The notes below the pieces were generated by a model. It made no database searches and was not told the origin of the DNA. It saw only the letters and a program-made list of their open reading frames with translations. A stretch of DNA of 64,000 nucleotides from Mobula hypostoma (taxonomy: Eukaryota): NCBI RefSeq assembly GCF_963921235.1, contig NC_086097.1:4278001-4342000 (forward strand), in the 5' to 3' direction. The stretch's first letter is position 1; each line of letters opens with the position of its first letter. The position numbers and the translations under genes are program-made. Shown piece by piece: positions 61,001 through 64,000 of the stretch.

Positions 61001-64000
61001 TAACAGCATTGTGCTAACTGTTCCATTCTGACCTGTAAAGATGTTGTGCTAACTGTTACTCTCTGAACTGTAACAGCAATGTGTTGACTGATGCACTCCA
61101 CTCTGATCTGAAGTTGTGTTCTACTAATTGTTCCGCACTAAGCTGTAACAGCTTTTTTCTAACTGTTACACTCCAAACTGTAACAGCATTGGGCTAACTG
61201 TTCCACTCCGAGCTGTGATAGTGTTCAGCTAACTTTTACTCTCCGAACTGTAACAATGTTGTGCTGTTACTCTCCAAACTGTGACAGTGTTGTGCCAACT
61301 GTTCTAGTCCGAACTGTAACAGCGTTGTGCTAACTGTTACTCTCTGAATTATAACAGCTTTGTGGTAACGGTTCTGCTCTGAACTGTTGTAGCAATGTGT
61401 TAACTGTTATAGTCCGAACTATAACAGAGTTGTGCTAAATGTTCCATTCCGAACTGTAACAGCATTGTTCTAACTGTTACTCTTCTAGCTGTAACAGCAT
61501 TGTGCTAACTGTTCCATTCTGTACTTTAAAGATGCTGTGCTAACGTTATTCTCTGAGTTGTAACAGCATTGTGGTAACTGTTCCACTCCGAACTGCAGCA
61601 GAAATGTGTTAACTGTTACAGTCCGAACTGTAACAGCATTGTGCTAACTTTTACTCCCCAAACTGTAGCAGCATTGTGCCAATGGTTCCAGTCCGAACTG
61701 TAACAACATTGTGCTAAATGTTCCATTCCGAACTGTAACAGCAATATGTTAACTGTTACAGTCTGAATTGTAACAGCATTGTGCTAACTGTTCCATTCTG
61801 AACTTTAAAGGTGTTGTGCATACTGATAGTCTCTGAACTGTAACAGCAATGTCTTAACTGCTACACTCCACTCTGAGCTGAAATTGTGTTGTTCTAACTG
61901 TTCCGCACTAAGCTGTAAAAGCTTTTTTCTAACTGTTGTACTCCGATCTGTAACAGTATTGTACTAACTGTTCCTCTCTGAACCGTAACAGCGTTGCGTG
62001 AACTGTTACTCTCCAAACTGTAAAAGTGTTGTGATAACTGTTACTCACCAAAATTTTGTTGTGCTAACTGTTCTGCATTAAACTGTAACAGCTTTTTTTC
62101 TGTTATACTCCAAGTGTAACAGCATTCTACTGTTACCCCCAGAACTGTAACAGCATTGTGCTAACTTTTACCCTCTACATTGTTACTTCGTTGTGCTATC
62201 TGTTATTCTTCAAACTTTAACAATGTTGTGCTAACAGTTACTCTTCAAACTGTATCAGTGTTGTGCTAACCGTTACTCTCCGACCGGGAACAGCATTGTA
62301 CCAACTGTTCCATTCCGAACTGTAAAGGCATTGTGCTAACGGTTACTCTCTGAACTGTAACAGCGTTGCACGAACTGTTACTCTCCGATCTGTAAAAGCG
62401 TTGTGATAACTGTTACTCACAGAGCTGTAACTACATTGTGCTGACTGTTACTCTCCGAGCTGTAACAGTGTGTGCTACCTGTTCCACTCTGAGCTCCAGC
62501 AGCATTGTGCCAACTGTTCCAGTTCGAACTGTAACAGCGTTGTGCTAAATGTTCCATTCTGAACTGTAAAGGTGTTGTGCTGTTACTCCCTGAACTGTAA
62601 GAGCAATGTATAACTGCTACACCCCACTCTGAGCTAAAATTGTGTTGTGCTGTTTCACTCTAAACTATAACAGCTTTTTTCTAACTGTTACACTCCAAGT
62701 TGTAACAGCATTGTACTAAATGTTACACTCTGAACTGTAACAGCATTACAGTTTTACTTTTACTCTCCGAACTGTTACTGCGTTGTGCTAACTGTTACTC
62801 TCTGAACTGTAATAACGTTGTCCTAACTGTACTCTCCAACCCAGAACAGCGTTATGCCAACTGTTCCATTCTGAACTGTAAAGGCATTGCGCTAACTTAC
62901 TCTCTGAACTGTAACAGTGTTGCACGAACTGTTACTCTCCGATCTGTAAAAGTATTGTTATAACTGTTACTCACCGAGCTGTTTCTGCATTGTGCTGACT
63001 GTTATTCTCTGAGATATAACAGTGTTGGGCTAATGGTTTCTCTCTAAACTCTAACAGCATTGTGCTAACTCTTACTCTCTAAACTGTAACAGCATTGTGC
63101 TAACTGTTACTCTCTGCACTGTAACAGTGTTGTACTAACTGTTACTCCCTAAACTGTAACAGCTTTTTTCTAACTGTTACACTCCCAACTGTAATAGTGT
63201 TGTGCTAACTGTTAATCTCTGAACTGTAACAGCTTTGTGCTAACTCTTACTTTCCGACTGCAACAGCATTTTGCTAACTTTTACACTTGGAACTGTAATG
63301 GTGTTGTGTTAACTGTTACTCTTCGAGTTGTAACAGCGTCGTGTTAACTGTTACTCTCTGAATTGTTGTACTAACTGTTCTACACCAAGCTGTAACAGCG
63401 TTGTTCTAACTGTTACATTCCAAACTTTAACAGTGATGTGTTAACTATCACTCTCTGAAATTTAACACCTATGTGTTAACTATTACTCTCTGAGCTGCAA
63501 CAGCAGTCTGCTACCTGTTGCTCTCTGAGCTGATACAGCGTTGTGCGAATTGTTACTCTCCAAACCGTAACAGTGTTGTGCTAGTTGTTACTCTCCAAGC
63601 TGTAACAGTGCTGTGCTAACTGTTACTCTCTGAACTGTAACAACATTGTGCTAACTGTTACTCTCTGAGTTGTAATAGTGTTCGGCTTACTGTTGCTCTC
63701 TGAAACGCAACAGCGTTGTGCTAACTGCGACTCTCCGAACTGTAACAGTGTTGTTTTAACTGTTCCACTCTGAGCTGTAATAGTGTTTGGCTAACTGATA
63801 CTCTCTGAACTGTAATAGTGTTGTGCTATCTGTTACTCTCTGAGATGTCATGGTGTTGCGTTAACTGTTGCACTTGAAACTGTAACAACATTGTGCTAAC
63901 TTTTCCACTCCGACCTTTAGTAGCGTTGTGTTAACTGTAACTCTCTGAATTGTAACAGCAATGTGCTAACTGTAACTCTCCAAACTGTAATAGCATTGTG

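Larger units (their letters stand above)
50066..64000. repeat. 35-bp satellite, consensus CTGTAACAGCATTGTGCTAACTGTTACTCTCTGAA, in blocks about 50066-50441, 52060-52153, 52803-55486, 58579-59784, 61001-64000 (continues past the window)
   Basis: Exact 35-bp repeats around 55226-55350; degenerate copies elsewhere; roughly 200 units. Confidence 0.97.

Noticed and set aside
50066..64000. CRISPR-like array (35-bp palindromic repeats)
   Set aside because: Units are head-to-tail with no unique spacers, there are no cas genes, the context is vertebrate, and the unit derives from a SINE.

Overview
Vertebrate genomic DNA. The repeat landscape (CR1, L2/Rex1, Penelope-like, tRNA-SINEs) suggests a cartilaginous fish, probably a ray; this is inference. 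Two convergent genes are present: the 3' exons and 3' UTR of PPP4R4 (+, about 912-15120) and a complete SERPINA10 / protein Z-dependent protease inhibitor (-, four coding exons 38098-23620, 435 aa, P1 Tyr, probable liver-type promoter near 41.3 kb). This is the same neighbour order as in mammals. The rest is mostly nested transposon debris plus two large tandem arrays: a 36-bp G-rich minisatellite (2604-7590) and a 35-bp palindromic satellite (50066 to the window end, interrupted by CR1, Gypsy and RTE-like insertions). Main observations: (1) minimal type-I hammerhead ribozyme motifs in Penelope-derived elements, one with an intact core at 18984-19019; (2) each tandem array can be traced to the adjoining retroelement that seeded it; (3) a pseudoknot-like pairing pattern at the 5' end of an RTE-like non-autonomous family; (4) a chimeric tRNA/CORE-like/RTE-like SINE. 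Family names are assigned by eye and from memory, not from database searches. Repeat boundaries are approximate.
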